Below are positions 46,336 through 59,730 of a stretch of DNA of 64,000 nt, one piece after another (the stretch's first letter is position 1; each line of letters starts with the position of its first letter). This DNA is from Syntrophales bacterium (GTDB lineage: Bacteria; Desulfobacterota; Syntrophia; Syntrophales; UBA2210). Both the position numbers and the translations under genes were made by a program. Below the pieces are notes generated by a model that was not told the DNA's origin, did no database searches, and was given only the letters and a program-made list of their open reading frames with translations. The DNA lies in the NCBI GenBank assembly GCA_963662405.2, contig CAXXKT010000001.1, positions 1,600,001-1,664,000 on the forward strand. The letters run 5' to 3'.

Positions 46336-46761
46336 ATGGCTAAGAAGGTTATCGCAAGCATCAAGCTTCAAATCCAGGCAGGCAAAGCAACGCCTTCGCC
46401 GCCTATTGGTCCCGCCCTGGGCCAGCACGGGGTGAATATCATGGAATTCTGCAAGGCGTACAATGCCTTAACGCAGAATCAGGAGGGGATGATCATACCG
46501 GTTGAGATAACCGTCTATGCCGATAAATCTTTCACTTTTATCACGAAGACACCACCGACATCCGTTCTTCTGAAACAGGCGGCGAAGATCGCAAAGGGTG
46601 CCGGGGATCCTAAACGTGAAAAGGTGGGCACGGTGACACCCAAACAGATACGTGAAATCGCTGAGATTAAGTATGAAGATCTGAACGCCGTCGATATGGA
46701 CGGGGCGATGGCCATCGTTGCGGGGACGGCGCGATCCATGGGTATTGAGATCGGCAAATAA
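46336..46761 (+). CDS. rplK: 50S ribosomal protein L11
   Basis: [20 protein letters not shown]. Confidence 0.97.
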   Translation: MAKKVIASIKLQIQAGKATPSPPIGPALGQHGVNIMEFCKAYNALTQNQEGMIIPVEITVYADKSFTFITKTPPTSVLLKQAAKIAKGAGDPKREKVGTVTPKQIREIAEIKYEDLNAVDMDGAMAIVAGTARSMGIEIGK

Positions 46762-46784
46762 ATCTACTTCGGGGTTTGAACAAG

Positions 46785-47495
46785 ATGTCTAACAGAGGCA
46801 AAAAGTATTTGGAAGAGAGAAACAAGGTGGAGCCCGGTAAGCGGTATTCACTGGGAGAGGCCGTGGAACTTTCATTGTCGACGGCACGGGCGAAATTCGA
46901 TGAAACGGCCGATGTCGCCATCAAGTTAGGGGTCAATCCCAAACACGCGGACCAGATGATACGCGGGAGTGTCGTGCTTCCGCATGGCCTCGGTAAGACG
47001 GTCAGGGTACTGGTCTTTGCGAAAGGGGACAAAGAGCGAGAGGCCCTTGACGCCGGGGCGGATTTTGCCGGTTCCGATGATCTTATCGAGAAGGTCAGGG
47101 ACGGCTGGATGGATTTCGATCGGGTCGTTGCTACGCCGGACATGATGGGGAGTGTCGGAAAGCTGGGAAAGATCCTGGGGCCGCGCGGGCTGATGCCCAA
47201 TCCCAAGGTGGGCACGGTGACCTTTGACGTTAAAAATGCCGTCGAGGAATTAAAGGCGGGAAAGGTCGAGTTCAGAGTGGAGAAAGCGGGGATCGTTCAT
47301 AGCCCCGTAGGAAAAATCTCATTCGGAGCGGACAAACTGACGGAGAATATCTTAGCACTTGTAGAATCGCTACTGAAGCTGAAGCCGGCATCCAGCAAGG
47401 GGACTTACCTAAAAGCCATTTCTCTCTCCACGACCATGGGCCCGGGGGTTGGTATAGATCCCTTGGATGTCAGGAATATTTTACGGGTCGTATAG
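46785..47495 (+). CDS. rplA: 50S ribosomal protein L1
   Basis: [23 protein letters not shown]. Confidence 0.97.
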   Translation: MSNRGKKYLEERNKVEPGKRYSLGEAVELSLSTARAKFDETADVAIKLGVNPKHADQMIRGSVVLPHGLGKTVRVLVFAKGDKEREALDAGADFAGSDDLIEKVRDGWMDFDRVVATPDMMGSVGKLGKILGPRGLMPNPKVGTVTFDVKNAVEELKAGKVEFRVEKAGIVHSPVGKISFGADKLTENILALVESLLKLKPASSKGTYLKAISLSTTMGPGVGIDPLDVRNILRVV

Positions 47496-47504
47496 AAGAC
47501 GAAG

Positions 47505-47600
47505 AAGAAGTCAGAGACAGCAGGTACCGCGGGTTTAATCGAGCTGAGGATCGGCCTGCCGAGACTATAAGGGAGTTTAAGCAGTATCTTTTCCTGTATA
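47505..47600 (+). promoter_or_regulatory. ribosomal protein L10 leader (cis-regulatory RNA)
   Basis: AGACAGCAGG...TTAA...CCTGCCGAG motif upstream of rplJ. Confidence 0.75.
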
Positions 47601-47682
47601 GCGGTCTGACTTTCAGAGGATCCGGGTTGCTGCTCGGCGACCGGGATGTCTAGGAAATGACACAACGGAAGGAGGCCATGTA

Positions 47683-48210
47683 TTGAATCGAAGTGCAAAA
47701 GAACATGTTGTCGCTGAGCTTCACAAAAAGCTGAAGGATGTGAAGCTGGCTGTTCTTGCGGATTACAGTGGTATCAGGGTCAAGGAGATTACCGGCCTGA
47801 GGAATGAGCTGCGAAAGGTGGAGAGTGAGTTCAAGGTGGTGAAGAACAATCTCCTCAGTATCGCTCTCAAGGATACCGATTTCATGCCGTTGGAGGATCA
47901 CCTCAAAGGTCCCAAGGCGCTCATGATGAACTTCGGGGACGTCGTTGCGCCCACCAAGATCTTGGTTGAGTTCGCCAAGAAGAACAATAAGCTTGAGATT
48001 GAGGCGGGGGTTTTGGATGGTGCCCTGTTGGACAGAGATCATATCAAGGCCCTGGCCGAACTGCCGAGTAGAGAGGTCCTTCTGGCAAAGCTTCTCTCTA
48101 TCTTGGTGGGGGTCCAGACCCAGTTGGTCACGGTCTTGAGTGGGGTTCCCCGTGGTTTTGTTCAGGTGCTCGAGGCTCATCGGCAGAATAAAGAGCAAGA
48201 AGGAAATTGA
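47683..48210 (+). CDS. rplJ: 50S ribosomal protein L10
   Basis: DYSG, VVKNNL, LAELPSREVLLAK; TTG start after GGAGG. Confidence 0.95.
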   Translation: MNRSAKEHVVAELHKKLKDVKLAVLADYSGIRVKEITGLRNELRKVESEFKVVKNNLLSIALKDTDFMPLEDHLKGPKALMMNFGDVVAPTKILVEFAKKNNKLEIEAGVLDGALLDRDHIKALAELPSREVLLAKLLSILVGVQTQLVTVLSGVPRGFVQVLEAHRQNKEQEGN

Positions 48211-48238
48211 TTAGATACAGGAAAGGATAGGAAAAACA

Positions 48239-48631
48239 ATGGCAACCGAAAAGAAGATTACAAAAGAAGAAGTTGTTGAGTTTATTGAGAATATGACGGT
48301 TCTTGAGCTGTCCGAGATGGTGAAGGAACTGGAAGAAAGACTTGGTGTTTCTGCCGCGGCCCCGGTGGCGGCGGTGGCGGCAGCCGGACCGGCAGCAGCG
48401 GCGGCCCCGGCGGAGGAAAAGACGGATTTCGACGTAATCCTGACCGGATTCGGGGACCAGAAGATTCAGGTCATCAAGGTTGCCCGGGCCGTGACGGGGC
48501 TTGGGCTCAAAGAGGCCAAGGATCTGGTTGAGGGGATTCCCAAGCCGGTGAAAGAAGGCGTGTCAAAGGATGAAGCCGAAGAGATAAAAAAGAAGCTGGA
48601 AGAGGTTGGTGCTACGGTAGAGATTAAGTAG
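48239..48631 (+). CDS. rplL: 50S ribosomal protein L7/L12
   Basis: [25 protein letters not shown]. Confidence 0.97.
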   Translation: MATEKKITKEEVVEFIENMTVLELSEMVKELEERLGVSAAAPVAAVAAAGPAAAAAPAEEKTDFDVILTGFGDQKIQVIKVARAVTGLGLKEAKDLVEGIPKPVKEGVSKDEAEEIKKKLEEVGATVEIK

Positions 48632-48686
48632 GTAACTAACGGTTACTCAAAGTTACATTACAGGGAGATTCAATGGAATGGGTCTG

Positions 48687-48732
48687 GAAGCCAGAGGTCA
48701 GAGAGGTTTTTCTGTTCTGGCTTCTCTCTTTT
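48687..48732 (+). terminator. rplL-rpoB attenuator-like hairpin
   Basis: GAAGCCAGA...TCTGGCTTC followed by TCTCTTTT. Confidence 0.55.
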
Positions 48733-48761
48733 ATGAAGGGTAGACCATTATAAGGATCACT

Positions 48762-51700
48762 ATGGGTACGTATAGAAAAAGTTTTGGTCGCATCAAAAAG
48801 ATCGTTGAGATACCCGATCTCATAGAAATTCAGAGAAAGTCCTATGAAAAATTTCTCCAGGCCGATACAGATCCCGGGAAGAGGGGGATCTTCGGCCTTC
48901 AAGGGGCCTTCAAGAGTGTTTTTCCGATTGTTGATTTCAGTGGAAAATGCTCACTGGAATTTGTCAGTTACAAGATCGGCAACGCCCGATATGATGTCAG
49001 GGAGTGCACGCAACGGGGAATGACCTATAATGCCCCGCTGAGGGTCGTGGTACGCCTTGTCGTCTTCGACAGCAATGGCCGTGCCAGCGATCAGAAGATC
49101 ATACGTGACATCAAGGAGCAGGAGATCTACTTTGGTGAGATCCCGCTCATGACCGAAAAGGGGACCTTTAACATCAATGGTACCGAGCGGGTCATTGTCA
49201 GTCAGCTCCATCGATCGCCGGGGATCTTTTTCGGTCACGACAAGGGGAAGACCCATGTAAGCGGGAAGCTGATCTATTCTGCTCGGGTGATTCCCATCCG
49301 CGGTTCGTGGCTCGATCTTGAATTTGACCCCAAAGATATTCTGTATGCCCGGGTAGACCGACGGAGGAAAATGCCGGTGACGGTTCTCCTCAAGGCGATG
49401 GGATATTCCGCCGAAGACCTGATGGCCTACTTTTACAATGTCGAGAAAGTGAGCCTGACGGGGGGGCATGTCTCCCTGATTGTCGATGAAAACCTCATTG
49501 GCGAGAGATTGCCGGAGGATATCAAGGATCCTAAGAGTGGTGAGGTTATTCTCAAGAAGGGGCGAAAGATTTCTCGAACCTTCCTGAGAAAGGTTGAGGA
49601 TGCGGGACTCGACCGGTTGGATGTTGGCGATGAGTATCTCCCGGGAAAGATTCTCGCCGCGGATGTGACGGATCCCGAAACCGGTGAAGTCTTCCTGAGA
49701 TGTAACGATGAATTGGATGAAGAAAATGTGCGGCTCATCCATGAAAGGAAGATCACGGACATCAAGCTGATTCAGCTCGATGAGGAGGGGGTAAACGCCT
49801 ATATCCGGAATACCATGCTCATCGACAAGATCGAGACCGAGGAAGAGGCCATCATTGATATCTACCGGCGATTGAGGCCGAGTAACCCCCCATCGCTCGA
49901 GACGGCCCACCGGTTTTTCAACAGCCTGTTTTTCAGCCAGGATAGTTACGATCTTTCCGACGTTGGACGTGTGAAGATGAACTATAAGCTTCGCATGGAT
50001 GTTCCCTCCGATATGACCGTTCTCCGTCGAGAGGATGTCATGGAGTCGGTTAAGTATCTCATCAACCTGAAAAATGGTGTTCCTGAATACAGCGTGGATG
50101 ATATCGATCACCTGGGCAATCGGAGGATCCGATCCGTGGGGGAACTGATTGAAAATCAGTACCGCATCGGCCTGGTGAGAATGGAGCGTGCCATCAAGGA
50201 GAAGATGAATCTTCTCGATATAGAAACGATGATGCCCCACGACCTTATCAATGCAAAACCGGTAACTGCGGTGGTGAACGAGTTTTTCGGGAGCAGCCAG
50301 CTCTCGCAATTCATGGATCAGACCAATCCCCTCTCCGAGATTACGCACAAGAGGCGGCTGTCGGCCTTGGGTCCCGGGGGGCTTACACGAGAGCGGGCGG
50401 GGTTTGAGGTACGGGATGTGCACAACACCCACTACGGACGCGTCTGCCCTGTCGAGACGCCGGAAGGTCCCAATATCGGCCTGATCGTATCACTCAGTGC
50501 CTATGCTCGGGTCAATGCATTCGGGTTTATAGAGACGCCATACCGGGTGGTGAAGAACGGACGGGTGCTTGATGAGATTCGTTATCTCACCGCAACCGAG
50601 GAAGAAGATTACATCATTGCCCAGGCAAATGTTTCTCTCGATGAAAAGGGATACTTTGTGGGCGAGCTTATTACGGCACGCAAAAGCGGAAATTACATCA
50701 CCGCCAGCCCCGGGGAGATCGATCTGATGGATGTTTCCCCCAGCCAGCTTGTTTCGGTGGCTGCCGGGTTGATTCCCTTCCTGGAACATGACGACGCCAA
50801 CCGGGCCCTGATGGGATCCAACATGCAGCGGCAGGCCGTTCCCCTGCTCAAACCGGAGGCCCCGCTGGTGGGGACCGGCATGGGGGCGGTTGTCGCGCGA
50901 GATTCCGGTGCCGTCATCGTTGCAAAGGAATCCGGCGTCATTGAGGACGTCGATGCGTCGCGGATAGTCATCAGACGTGATGTCACGGATCTGAACGCAT
51001 CGGACATCGGTGTTGATATCTACAACCTGACCAAATATCAGCGTTCGAACCAGAACACCTGTTTCAACCACAAACCGATCGTGGCCAAGGGGAGCAGGGT
51101 TAACAGAGGAGATATTATCGCCGACGGCCCGGCAACCGATAACGGTGAGCTGGCCCTGGGCAGGAACGTAATGGTTGCCTTCATGCCGTGGGGTGGGTAC
51201 AACTATGAAGATTCCATCCTGGTCAGTGAGCGGATCGCGAAGGATGATATCTATACCTCTGTGCACATAGAGGAGTTCGAGACGTTGGCAAGGGACACCA
51301 AATTGGGGAAAGAGGAGATTACCCGTGATATCCCCAATGTGGGAGAGGATGCCCTGAGGAACCTGGACGAGAGTGGAATCGTTCGAATGGGTGCGTCGGT
51401 CAAGGCGGGGGATATCTTGGTAGGCAAGGTGACTCCCAAGGGTGAGACCCAGTTGTCTCCTGAGGAAAAGCTGCTGCGCGCCATATTCGGGGAAAAAGCC
51501 GGTGATGTGCGGGACACTTCCCTCAGGGTGCCCCCCGGTGTCGACGGCGTGGTGATCGATGCCAAGATCTTTACACGCAAGGGTGCGGATAAGGATAGCA
51601 GGTCCCGGGAGATTGAAGATGAAGAGATAGAGAACCTCCTCAAGGACCGGGATGACGAGATCCGGATTATTGCCGATAATGTCGGGAAGAAGGTGTCCGA

Positions 51701-52850
51701 ACTCTTGGTAGGAAAAATCTCAGCCTCAAAGCTGTTAGATCCGAATAGTCGGAAAACCCTGTTGAAAAAGGGAGATACAATTACGCGGGAGGCCCTTGGA
51801 AATGTGCCGACCCGACTCTGGAAAGATATCACACTCGATGATTATGACGTTGAAGAGAGAATGCGGGCGCTCCTGGCGGGCTTGGCTGAACGAGTGGAGA
51901 GTGTGGAGACCTTTTTCGCGGAAAAGATAGAAAAGATGAAAACGGGAGACGAGTTGCCTCCCGGTGTGATCAAGTTGGTCAAGGTGTATGTTGCCATCAA
52001 GAGAAAACTCTCCGTTGGTGACAAGATGGCGGGACGGCACGGTAACAAGGGGGTCCTTTCGCGCATACTCCCCGAGGAGGATATGCCCTTTTTTGAAGAC
52101 GGAACCCCGGTTGATATTGTTTTGAATCCTCTGGGCGTCCCTTCACGTATGAACGTCGGACAGATCCTCGAAACCCATCTCGGATGGGCGGCGAGGGGAT
52201 TGGGAGAGAAGATTCAGAATATCATGAGCGGTTCCGGTATGGAGGAAGTCAAGAAAGAGATGAAGCAGATCTATGCTTCCCCCGAATTCGACACCTTTGT
52301 CGATGGGGCGACCGATGAAGAGCTTCGAGCACTTGTTCATCGGTTGAGGCGGGGAGTCCCACTGGCTACCCCGGTCTTTGACGGTGCCCATGAAAAGGAG
52401 ATCAAAGAAATGCTCGCGGCGGCCGGTTTGCCCGAAACGGGTCAAACGAGGTTGTATGACGGCCGAACGGGAGAGGCCTTTGATCAGCCGGTGACGGTGG
52501 GGATGATCTATATGTTGAAACTCCATCATCTGGTTGACGATAAGATCCATGCCCGGTCCATCGGTCCCTATTCTCTGGTTACTCAGCAGCCACTGGGCGG
52601 GAAGGCGCAGTTCGGTGGTCAGAGACTGGGTGAGATGGAGGTCTGGGCCATTGAAGCCTACGGTGCAGCCTACGCCCTGCAGGAGTTTCTAACCGTCAAG
52701 GCGGACGATGTGGCCGGTCGAACGAGAATGTATGAGGCAATCGTCAAGGGTGAACATAATCTGGAGCCCGGCCTCCCGGAGTCTTTTAACGTATTGGTTA
52801 AAGAACTCCAGGGCCTGGCCATCAATGTCGAATTGCTTGAGGATGCGTAA
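48762..52850 (+). CDS. rpoB: RNA polymerase beta subunit
   Basis: [42 protein letters not shown]. Confidence 0.98.
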   Translation: MGTYRKSFGRIKKIVEIPDLIEIQRKSYEKFLQADTDPGKRGIFGLQGAFKSVFPIVDFSGKCSLEFVSYKIGNARYDVRECTQRGMTYNAPLRVVVRLVVFDSNGRASDQKIIRDIKEQEIYFGEIPLMTEKGTFNINGTERVIVSQLHRSPGIFFGHDKGKTHVSGKLIYSARVIPIRGSWLDLEFDPKDILYARVDRRRKMPVTVLLKAMGYSAEDLMAYFYNVEKVSLTGGHVSLIVDENLIGERLPEDIKDPKSGEVILKKGRKISRTFLRKVEDAGLDRLDVGDEYLPGKILAADVTDPETGEVFLRCNDELDEENVRLIHERKITDIKLIQLDEEGVNAYIRNTMLIDKIETEEEAIIDIYRRLRPSNPPSLETAHRFFNSLFFSQDSYDLSDVGRVKMNYKLRMDVPSDMTVLRREDVMESVKYLINLKNGVPEYSVDDIDHLGNRRIRSVGELIENQYRIGLVRMERAIKEKMNLLDIETMMPHDLINAKPVTAVVNEFFGSSQLSQFMDQTNPLSEITHKRRLSALGPGGLTRERAGFEVRDVHNTHYGRVCPVETPEGPNIGLIVSLSAYARVNAFGFIETPYRVVKNGRVLDEIRYLTATEEEDYIIAQANVSLDEKGYFVGELITARKSGNYITASPGEIDLMDVSPSQLVSVAAGLIPFLEHDDANRALMGSNMQRQAVPLLKPEAPLVGTGMGAVVARDSGAVIVAKESGVIEDVDASRIVIRRDVTDLNASDIGVDIYNLTKYQRSNQNTCFNHKPIVAKGSRVNRGDIIADGPATDNGELALGRNVMVAFMPWGGYNYEDSILVSERIAKDDIYTSVHIEEFETLARDTKLGKEEITRDIPNVGEDALRNLDESGIVRMGASVKAGDILVGKVTPKGETQLSPEEKLLRAIFGEKAGDVRDTSLRVPPGVDGVVIDAKIFTRKGADKDSRSREIEDEEIENLLKDRDDEIRIIADNVGKKVSELLVGKISASKLLDPNSRKTLLKKGDTITREALGNVPTRLWKDITLDDYDVEERMRALLAGLAERVESVETFFAEKIEKMKTGDELPPGVIKLVKVYVAIKRKLSVGDKMAGRHGNKGVLSRILPEEDMPFFEDGTPVDIVLNPLGVPSRMNVGQILETHLGWAARGLGEKIQNIMSGSGMEEVKKEMKQIYASPEFDTFVDGATDEELRALVHRLRRGVPLATPVFDGAHEKEIKEMLAAAGLPETGQTRLYDGRTGEAFDQPVTVGMIYMLKLHHLVDDKIHARSIGPYSLVTQQPLGGKAQFGGQRLGEMEVWAIEAYGAAYALQEFLTVKADDVAGRTRMYEAIVKGEHNLEPGLPESFNVLVKELQGLAINVELLEDA

Positions 52851-52898
52851 GAGAAACCGGGTCCTCTAAAACTGTTGGGGAAAAGGGAGTGATATCGA

Positions 52899-55800
52899 GT
52901 GGAAGATATCTACGGTTTTTTCGAGAAACCTAAGGATCCGGTGAGATTCAACGCTATCAAGGTATCGTTGAGTTCGCCGGAAACGATCATATCGTGGTCT
53001 CGTGGTGAAGTTAAGAAGTCCGAGACGATTAATTACCGGACCTTCAAACCGGAGAGGGAAGGCCTGTTCTGCGCGAAGATCTTTGGACCGGTCAAGGATT
53101 ACGAATGTCTCTGCGGCCGGTATAAGAGAATGAAACACCGGGGAATGGTATGTGAGAAGTGTGGTGTTGAAGTCATCCAGTCGAAGGTGCGCCGGGAGAG
53201 GATGGGGCACATTACCCTGGCATCACCTGTTGCGCATATCTGGTTTCTCAAGAGTCTTCCCAGCAGGATCGGAAATGTCTTGGATCTCACCTTGAAAGAA
53301 CTCGAGCGGGTCCTATACTTCGAATCGTGGATTGTCATGAATCCGAAAGATACCGCTCTTAAGAAAAAGGAGCTTCTTTCGGAAGACCAGTATATGGAGC
53401 TTTTGGACGAGTACGGAGAGGATGCCTTTCAAGTGGGGATTGGTGCGGAGGCAATCAGAACGCTTCTCGAAGAGATCAATCTCGAAGAACTGGACAGCGA
53501 GCTTCGAGTCGATCTGAGGGAGGCAACCTCGGTCACGAAGAAGACAAAGCTCGTGAAACGATTGAAGATTGTCGAGACGCTCAGGAAATCAGGAAACAGG
53601 CCGGAGTGGATGGTCCTGACGGTCCTTCCGGTGATTCCTCCCGACCTGAGGCCTTTGGTCCCGCTGGATGGTGGGCGGTTTGCCACCTCCGATCTGAATG
53701 ATCTCTACCGGCGGGTCATCAACCGGAACAACCGCCTGAAGCGGCTTTTGGAATTGAACGCCCCGGAGATCATCATCCGCAATGAAAAGAGGATGCTCCA
53801 GGAGGCGGTCGACTGCCTCTTCGACAACGGGAGGCGCGGTCGCGCGGTTACGGGTTCCAACAAAAGACCCCTGAAGTCCTTGTCTGACATGCTCAAGGGG
53901 AAACAGGGCAGGTTCAGACAAAACCTTCTTGGGAAGCGGGTTGATTACTCGGGGCGGTCCGTGATCACGGTGGGACCGGATCTGCGGCTCCACCAGTGCG
54001 GGCTCCCCAAGAAGATGGCCCTCGAGCTGTTCAAGCCGTTTATCTACAACCGGCTTGAGGAAAAGGGGTATGTGACGACCGTCAAGAGCGCGAAGAAGAT
54101 GGTGGAGAAAGAGGGGCCGGAGGTATGGGATGCCCTGGATGAGGTCGTTCGTGAATACCCCGTGATGCTGAACAGGGCCCCGACCCTTCACAGACTCGGA
54201 ATCCAGGCCTTCGAGCCGGTCCTGATCGAGGGAAAAGCCTTGCAGCTCCATCCTCTTGTCTGTGCGGCCTTCAACGCCGACTTTGACGGTGATCAGATGG
54301 CGGTGCATGTTCCCCTGTCGGTGGAAGCCCAGGTGGAGGCCCGTTGCCTTATGATGTCCACCAATAACATCCTTTCACCCGCCAACGGGAAGCCGATCAT
54401 TGTTCCTAGCCAGGATATGGTGCTTGGGATCTATTACCTGACCCGGTCGCGTGAGTATGCCAAAGGCGAAGGAATGATTTTTTCGGGGCCGGACGAAGTG
54501 CGGAGCGCGTATGATGCGGGTGCGGCATCGCTCCATGCCCGGATCAAGGTACGCATGGATGGGAAACTGGTCGATACCACGGTTGGCAGGATTCTCCTGT
54601 ACGAGATTATACCCGATGAGATCCCCTTCACCCACATCAATAAAGTGATCAATAAGAAGGAGATAGCCAATCTGGTCGATTACAGTTACCGCTCTTCGGG
54701 GGCAAAGACAACGGTTGTTCTCGCAGACCGGTTGAAGGATCTCGGTTATAAGTATGCCACGATCTCCGGTCTCTCGATTTCGATTGGTGATCTCGCCATT
54801 CCCGAGAGTAAGAGCGATATTGTCGGCGGTGCTCAGAAGGATGTTTTTGATATACAGAAGCAGTACATGGACGGGCTGATAACCGACGGTGAACGGTATA
54901 ACAAGGTAATCGATATCTGGGCTCATGCCACGGAGAAGGTGGCCGATGACATGCTGCGAAATATCGGGACCGAAGAAATGGAGGGGCCTGATGGGGTGAG
55001 TGCCCCGGTGGAGAGCTTCAATTCAATTTATATGATGGCTGACTCAGGGGCCCGTGGAAGCGCGGCTCAGACGCGCCAGCTTGCCGGTATGCGAGGGCTC
55101 ATGGCAAAGCCGTCGGGAGAAATTATTGAAACCCCCATCACCGCTAATTTCAGGGAAGGGCTGACGGTCTTGGAGTACTTTATCTCCACCCACGGCGCTC
55201 GGAAGGGTCTTGCCGATACGGCTCTCAAGACGGCAAACTCCGGGTATCTGACCCGACGGCTGGTCGATGTGGCACAAGATAGCGTTATCATGGAAACGGA
55301 CTGTGGTACCCTCGATGGTATCTATGTCTCCGCCTTGGTTGAAGGCGGCGAAATCATAGAAACGGCGGGTGAGCGTGTCCTCGGGCGGGTGGCCCTTGAG
55401 GATATTGAGGACCCCTTCACCGGCGAGGTCCTTGTGAAGGCGAATCAGGAGATCGACGAGGCGCTTGCGGAGAAGATCGATAAAGCCGGGTTGAGCAGGG
55501 TACTGATACGATCCGCACTTACCTGTAAAGCGAAACATGGGGTCTGTGCACTGTGTTACGGAAGAGACTTGGCGCACGGCCACTTGGTCAATATCGGTGA
55601 AGCGGTTGGTATCATCGCGGCGCAGTCCATCGGTGAACCGGGGACGCAGTTGACGATGCGAACCTTCCATATCGGCGGGACCGCGAAATTCGAGGAACAC
55701 TCAACCTTGGAAGCCCGGCATGACGGGATCCTCAAGTTTGTCAACCTCAACATTGCCCCTGTTAAAGACGGCGGATTGGTCGTTATGAGTAGAACCGGGG

Positions 55801-57044
55801 AGGTCCATGTCCTCGACCAGGAGGGAAGGAATCGAGGCAAATATACCGTTCCCTATGGTGCGTATCTGCGAGTAGCGGAGGGGGAGGAAGTCAAATCCGG
55901 AACCCTGATCGCCCAGTGGGACCCCTATTCGATTCCGATTCTCTCTGAGATCGACGGTACGATCAAATTTGGTGACATCATTGAAGGGAAGACCATGCAG
56001 GAGCAGGTGGATGAAGTCACCGGTCTTTCAAGAAAGGTCATTGTGGAGTACCGGGCCGCCGATTTGCGTCCCCGGGTCTCGATCAAGGACAAGGAAGGGA
56101 AAACGGCCCGGGTGCCCGGAACAAACACAATCGCACGGCACCTCTTGCCGGTGGGGGCGAATATCGGCGTTTCGGAGGGGGATGCCGTCAAGGCGGGTGA
56201 CATTATCGCCAAGATCCCCCGGGAGACCACGAAGACGAAGGATATCACCGGGGGGCTTCCTCGGGTCGCCGAACTCTTTGAGGCCCGAAAACCGAAGGAG
56301 TATGCCGTCATAGCCGAAATCGACGGAGAGGTCTCGTACGGTGAGGATTCCAAGGGGAAGAGGAAAATCGTTATCACTCCCGATGTCGGAGATTCGAAGG
56401 AATACTTGATCGCCAGAGGGCGCTATATCAGTGTCCAGGAGGGGGACCGGGTCATAGCCGGCCAGGCCCTGATGGATGGATCCAGCAACCCTCATGATAT
56501 CCTCAATATCAAAGGTGAGAAGGAATTGGCACGCTACCTGGTTGATGAGGTGCAGGAGGTGTACCGTCTCCAAGGCGTCAAGATCAATGACAAACATATA
56601 GAAATCATAGTCCGTCAGATGCTCAGGAAAGTGCGGGTGACTGATTCCGGTGATACCGCCTTCCTCGTGGATGAACAGGTGGATAAAAATATGTTCGAAG
56701 AGGAGAATCGCGAGGCGATCGAGCAAGGGCGAAACCCGGCCACCGCCGTTCCGGTGCTCCTGGGGATCACCAAGGCGTCACTTCACACCGACAGTTTTAT
56801 TTCTGCCGCATCATTCCAGGAGACGACCCGGGTGTTGACGGAGGCAGCCCTCTCCGGGAAGGTTGATTACCTCCGGGGTCTCAAGGAAAACGTGATTATG
56901 GGGAGGCTCGTCCCGGCGGGTACCGGGCTTCCCATGTATAAGAATCTGGGAATTGCCGTTGCGGCCGATGATCAGGTTCCTGAGGGTCTCGAAATAAATG
57001 AGGACGATATAGAGAAAAGCCTTGACAGTCAAGTCGTGAATTGA
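52899..57044 (+). CDS. rpoC: RNA polymerase beta' subunit
   Basis: [12 protein letters not shown], Zn-finger Cys pairs, [12 protein letters not shown] start. Confidence 0.98.
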   Translation: MEDIYGFFEKPKDPVRFNAIKVSLSSPETIISWSRGEVKKSETINYRTFKPEREGLFCAKIFGPVKDYECLCGRYKRMKHRGMVCEKCGVEVIQSKVRRERMGHITLASPVAHIWFLKSLPSRIGNVLDLTLKELERVLYFESWIVMNPKDTALKKKELLSEDQYMELLDEYGEDAFQVGIGAEAIRTLLEEINLEELDSELRVDLREATSVTKKTKLVKRLKIVETLRKSGNRPEWMVLTVLPVIPPDLRPLVPLDGGRFATSDLNDLYRRVINRNNRLKRLLELNAPEIIIRNEKRMLQEAVDCLFDNGRRGRAVTGSNKRPLKSLSDMLKGKQGRFRQNLLGKRVDYSGRSVITVGPDLRLHQCGLPKKMALELFKPFIYNRLEEKGYVTTVKSAKKMVEKEGPEVWDALDEVVREYPVMLNRAPTLHRLGIQAFEPVLIEGKALQLHPLVCAAFNADFDGDQMAVHVPLSVEAQVEARCLMMSTNNILSPANGKPIIVPSQDMVLGIYYLTRSREYAKGEGMIFSGPDEVRSAYDAGAASLHARIKVRMDGKLVDTTVGRILLYEIIPDEIPFTHINKVINKKEIANLVDYSYRSSGAKTTVVLADRLKDLGYKYATISGLSISIGDLAIPESKSDIVGGAQKDVFDIQKQYMDGLITDGERYNKVIDIWAHATEKVADDMLRNIGTEEMEGPDGVSAPVESFNSIYMMADSGARGSAAQTRQLAGMRGLMAKPSGEIIETPITANFREGLTVLEYFISTHGARKGLADTALKTANSGYLTRRLVDVAQDSVIMETDCGTLDGIYVSALVEGGEIIETAGERVLGRVALEDIEDPFTGEVLVKANQEIDEALAEKIDKAGLSRVLIRSALTCKAKHGVCALCYGRDLAHGHLVNIGEAVGIIAAQSIGEPGTQLTMRTFHIGGTAKFEEHSTLEARHDGILKFVNLNIAPVKDGGLVVMSRTGEVHVLDQEGRNRGKYTVPYGAYLRVAEGEEVKSGTLIAQWDPYSIPILSEIDGTIKFGDIIEGKTMQEQVDEVTGLSRKVIVEYRAADLRPRVSIKDKEGKTARVPGTNTIARHLLPVGANIGVSEGDAVKAGDIIAKIPRETTKTKDITGGLPRVAELFEARKPKEYAVIAEIDGEVSYGEDSKGKRKIVITPDVGDSKEYLIARGRYISVQEGDRVIAGQALMDGSSNPHDILNIKGEKELARYLVDEVQEVYRLQGVKINDKHIEIIVRQMLRKVRVTDSGDTAFLVDEQVDKNMFEEENREAIEQGRNPATAVPVLLGITKASLHTDSFISAASFQETTRVLTEAALSGKVDYLRGLKENVIMGRLVPAGTGLPMYKNLGIAVAADDQVPEGLEINEDDIEKSLDSQVVN

Positions 57045-57050
57045 TACAAA
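57022..57050 (+). promoter_or_regulatory. str-operon promoter overlapping the end of rpoC
   Basis: TTGACA, 17 bp, TACAAA with an extended -10 TG. Confidence 0.55.
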
Positions 57051-57118
57051 CCGCTACTTTGCTAGCCCAGATTGGGAGCGGATTTACCAGAGAGAGCAGG
57101 GAGGATTTTGGAAGAATA

Positions 57119-57490
57119 ATGCCGACGATAAACCAGCTGATCAGGAAAGGCAGATCAAAGGTGCAGAAGAAGACTTCGGCGCCGGCGCTTGCCAGTTGTC
57201 CCCAGCGGAGAGGGGTTTGTGTGAGGGTCTATACGACAACCCCTAAAAAGCCGAATTCGGCCCTGCGAAAGGTGGCCAGAGTCCGTCTCACCAGCGGGTA
57301 TGAGGTCACCTCCTATATCCCGGGGATAGGACATAATCTTCAGGAGCACTCCGTCGTCCTCGTGAGGGGAGGCAGGGTGAAGGATCTTCCCGGTGTCAGG
57401 TATCACATCGTGAGGGGTTCTCTTGATGCCGTCGGGGTTCAGGATAGAAAACAGGGCAGATCGAAATACGGCTCCAAAAGACCAAAGTAG
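57119..57490 (+). CDS. rpsL: 30S ribosomal protein S12
   Basis: [29 protein letters not shown]. Confidence 0.98.
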   Translation: MPTINQLIRKGRSKVQKKTSAPALASCPQRRGVCVRVYTTTPKKPNSALRKVARVRLTSGYEVTSYIPGIGHNLQEHSVVLVRGGRVKDLPGVRYHIVRGSLDAVGVQDRKQGRSKYGSKRPK

Positions 57491-57504
57491 ACAGGAATAG
57501 CTTT

Positions 57505-57975
57505 ATGCCGCGTAGAAGAGAAGTCACGAAGAGAAAGATATTGCCGGATCCCAAACACAACAGCCCCTTGGTGGCGCGTTTTGTCAACAACCTGTTGAAG
57601 AAGGGGAAGAAGAGTGTTGCTGAATCGATCCTCTACGGAGCGTTCGATATTATAGAAGACAAGATGAAGGAAGCGCCCCTCCAGGTCTTTGAACGGGCGA
57701 TGGATAATGTGAAGCCGGTTCTCGAGGTGAAATCGAGGCGAATTGGTGGCGCCACCTATCAGGTCCCTACGGAGGTTGCTGCGGATCGGAGAACGGCCCT
57801 GGCGATCAGGTGGTTGATAGGAAATTCCCAGTCCCGGGTTGGCAAGAGTATGAAGGAAAAGTTGGCGGCTGAACTCATGGATGCGGCTGCGGGACGAGGA
57901 GCATCGGTTAAGAAGAGGGAAGATACCCACAAGATGGCTGAGGCGAATAAGGCATTTGCCCATTATCGATTTTAG
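57505..57975 (+). CDS. rpsG: 30S ribosomal protein S7
   Basis: [25 protein letters not shown]. Confidence 0.98.
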   Translation: MPRRREVTKRKILPDPKHNSPLVARFVNNLLKKGKKSVAESILYGAFDIIEDKMKEAPLQVFERAMDNVKPVLEVKSRRIGGATYQVPTEVAADRRTALAIRWLIGNSQSRVGKSMKEKLAAELMDAAAGRGASVKKREDTHKMAEANKAFAHYRF

Positions 57976-58121
57976 AGATAAGCGAGGCGCTTGGGTAGAG
58001 CCCGAAGAGGGCCATAGGGCGGGTGTAGATAAGCTAAAGCGGGATGTCAGACAGAGATAAACGAGCAAACGCTTTGAATAAGGAATCAGGTAACCATTTT
58101 TAAATAAAGGAGGTAATGGTT

Positions 58122-59315
58122 ATGGCTAAGAAGAAATTTGAAAGGACAAAGCCGCATTTAAATATCGGAACAATCGGACATGTGGATCATGGGAAGACCA
58201 CATTGACTGCAGCTATAACAAAGCATCTGGCTAGCAAAGGTCTTGCTGATTTTATGCCCTTTGACTCAATCGATAATGCCCCCGAAGAGAAAGAGCGAGG
58301 CGTTACCATCAATATCGCTCATGTTGAGTATCAGACCGAAAAGCGGCATTATGCCCATGTCGACTGTCCGGGGCATGCTGACTATATAAAGAACATGATA
58401 TCGGGAGCGGCCCATATGGATGGGACAATTCTTGTGGTGGCGGCATCGGACGGTCCCATGCCGCAGACGAGAGAACATATTCTCCTTGCCCGTCAGGTGC
58501 AGGTGCCATATATTGTTGTGTTCATGAACAAGGTGGACTTGGTTGATGATCCGGAGCTCCTCGATCTGGTCGAGCTGGAGCTGAGAGAGCTGCTCACGGA
58601 TTACGAGTTTCCCGGCGACGACCTTCCGATCATCAGGGGCTCTGCCCTGAAGGCCTTGGAAAGTGACGACCCGGATTCGGAAGAGGTTAAATGCATTTGG
58701 GAGCTGATGGATGCCGTTGACACCTCTATCCCGGAACCCGAGCGTGACCTCGAGAAACCGTTTTTGATGCCGGTCGGGGATGTCTTTACGATCTCCGGTC
58801 GTGGAACGGTGGTGACGGGCCGGGTTGACAGGGGGATTATAAAGACGGGTGAAGAGGTTGAGATCGTTGGGATTAGGCCGACCTTCAAGACGGTCTGCAC
58901 CGGTGTGGAGATGTTCCGTAAGACCCTCGACGAAGGAAGGGCCGGTGACGATATCGGTGTCCTCCTGAGAGGTACCAAGCGTGAGGACGTCGAGCGGGGT
59001 CAGGTTGTCGCGAAGCCCGGTTCCATAACTCCCCATACGAAGTTTAAGGCGCAGGTTTATGTCTTGACGAAGGAAGAGGGCGGGAGGCATACTCCCTTTT
59101 TCAACGGGTATCGCCCGCAGTTCTACTTCAGGACGACCGATGTGACGGGTGTGGCCACCCTTCCCGAGGGAATTGAGATGGTGATGCCCGGTGATAATGT
59201 GGAGATGGTGGCTGAACTGATTACCCCTATCGCCATGGAGGAAAAACTGAGGTTTGCTATCCGTGAGGGTGGCAGAACTGTCGGGGCCGGTGTCGTTAGC
59301 GAGATCATAGAATAG
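58122..59315 (+). CDS. tuf: elongation factor Tu
   Basis: [27 protein letters not shown]. Confidence 0.98.
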   Translation: MAKKKFERTKPHLNIGTIGHVDHGKTTLTAAITKHLASKGLADFMPFDSIDNAPEEKERGVTINIAHVEYQTEKRHYAHVDCPGHADYIKNMISGAAHMDGTILVVAASDGPMPQTREHILLARQVQVPYIVVFMNKVDLVDDPELLDLVELELRELLTDYEFPGDDLPIIRGSALKALESDDPDSEEVKCIWELMDAVDTSIPEPERDLEKPFLMPVGDVFTISGRGTVVTGRVDRGIIKTGEEVEIVGIRPTFKTVCTGVEMFRKTLDEGRAGDDIGVLLRGTKREDVERGQVVAKPGSITPHTKFKAQVYVLTKEEGGRHTPFFNGYRPQFYFRTTDVTGVATLPEGIEMVMPGDNVEMVAELITPIAMEEKLRFAIREGGRTVGAGVVSEIIE

Positions 59316-59337
59316 GTCCTATTTGGTAAAGGTTTCG

Positions 59338-59646
59338 ATGGAAAATCAAAAGATAAGAATTCGTCTCAAGGCTTACGATTATAAGCTCCTTGATAGGTCC
59401 GCACAGGATATTGTAGAAGCTGCGAAGAGGACCGGTGCGCGCGTTGCGGGACCGATCCCCCTTCCGACTGTTATCAATAAGTATTGCGTGAACAGGTCTC
59501 CCAATGTTGACAAAAAATCGCGGGAGCAGTTTGAGATACGCACGCATAAGAGACTTATCGATATCGTTGAGCCGACGCAGTCTACTGTCGATACGTTGAT
59601 GAAGCTTGATCTCTCTGCCGGTGTCGATGTCGAGATAAAGTTATAG
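59338..59646 (+). CDS. rpsJ: 30S ribosomal protein S10
   Basis: [22 protein letters not shown]. Confidence 0.98.
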   Translation: MENQKIRIRLKAYDYKLLDRSAQDIVEAAKRTGARVAGPIPLPTVINKYCVNRSPNVDKKSREQFEIRTHKRLIDIVEPTQSTVDTLMKLDLSAGVDVEIKL

Positions 59647-59730
59647 TTTTGACGGGGAATGAGGAGATGGGATCGGAAGTTTCATCTCCTCATTTTTTTC
59701 CGAAAAGATGCATGGGAAGTCAGAGTTGAC

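Noticed and set aside
50280..50400. Rifampicin-resistance substitutions in RpoB cluster I
   Set aside because: The sequence matches the sensitive consensus ([22 protein letters not shown]).
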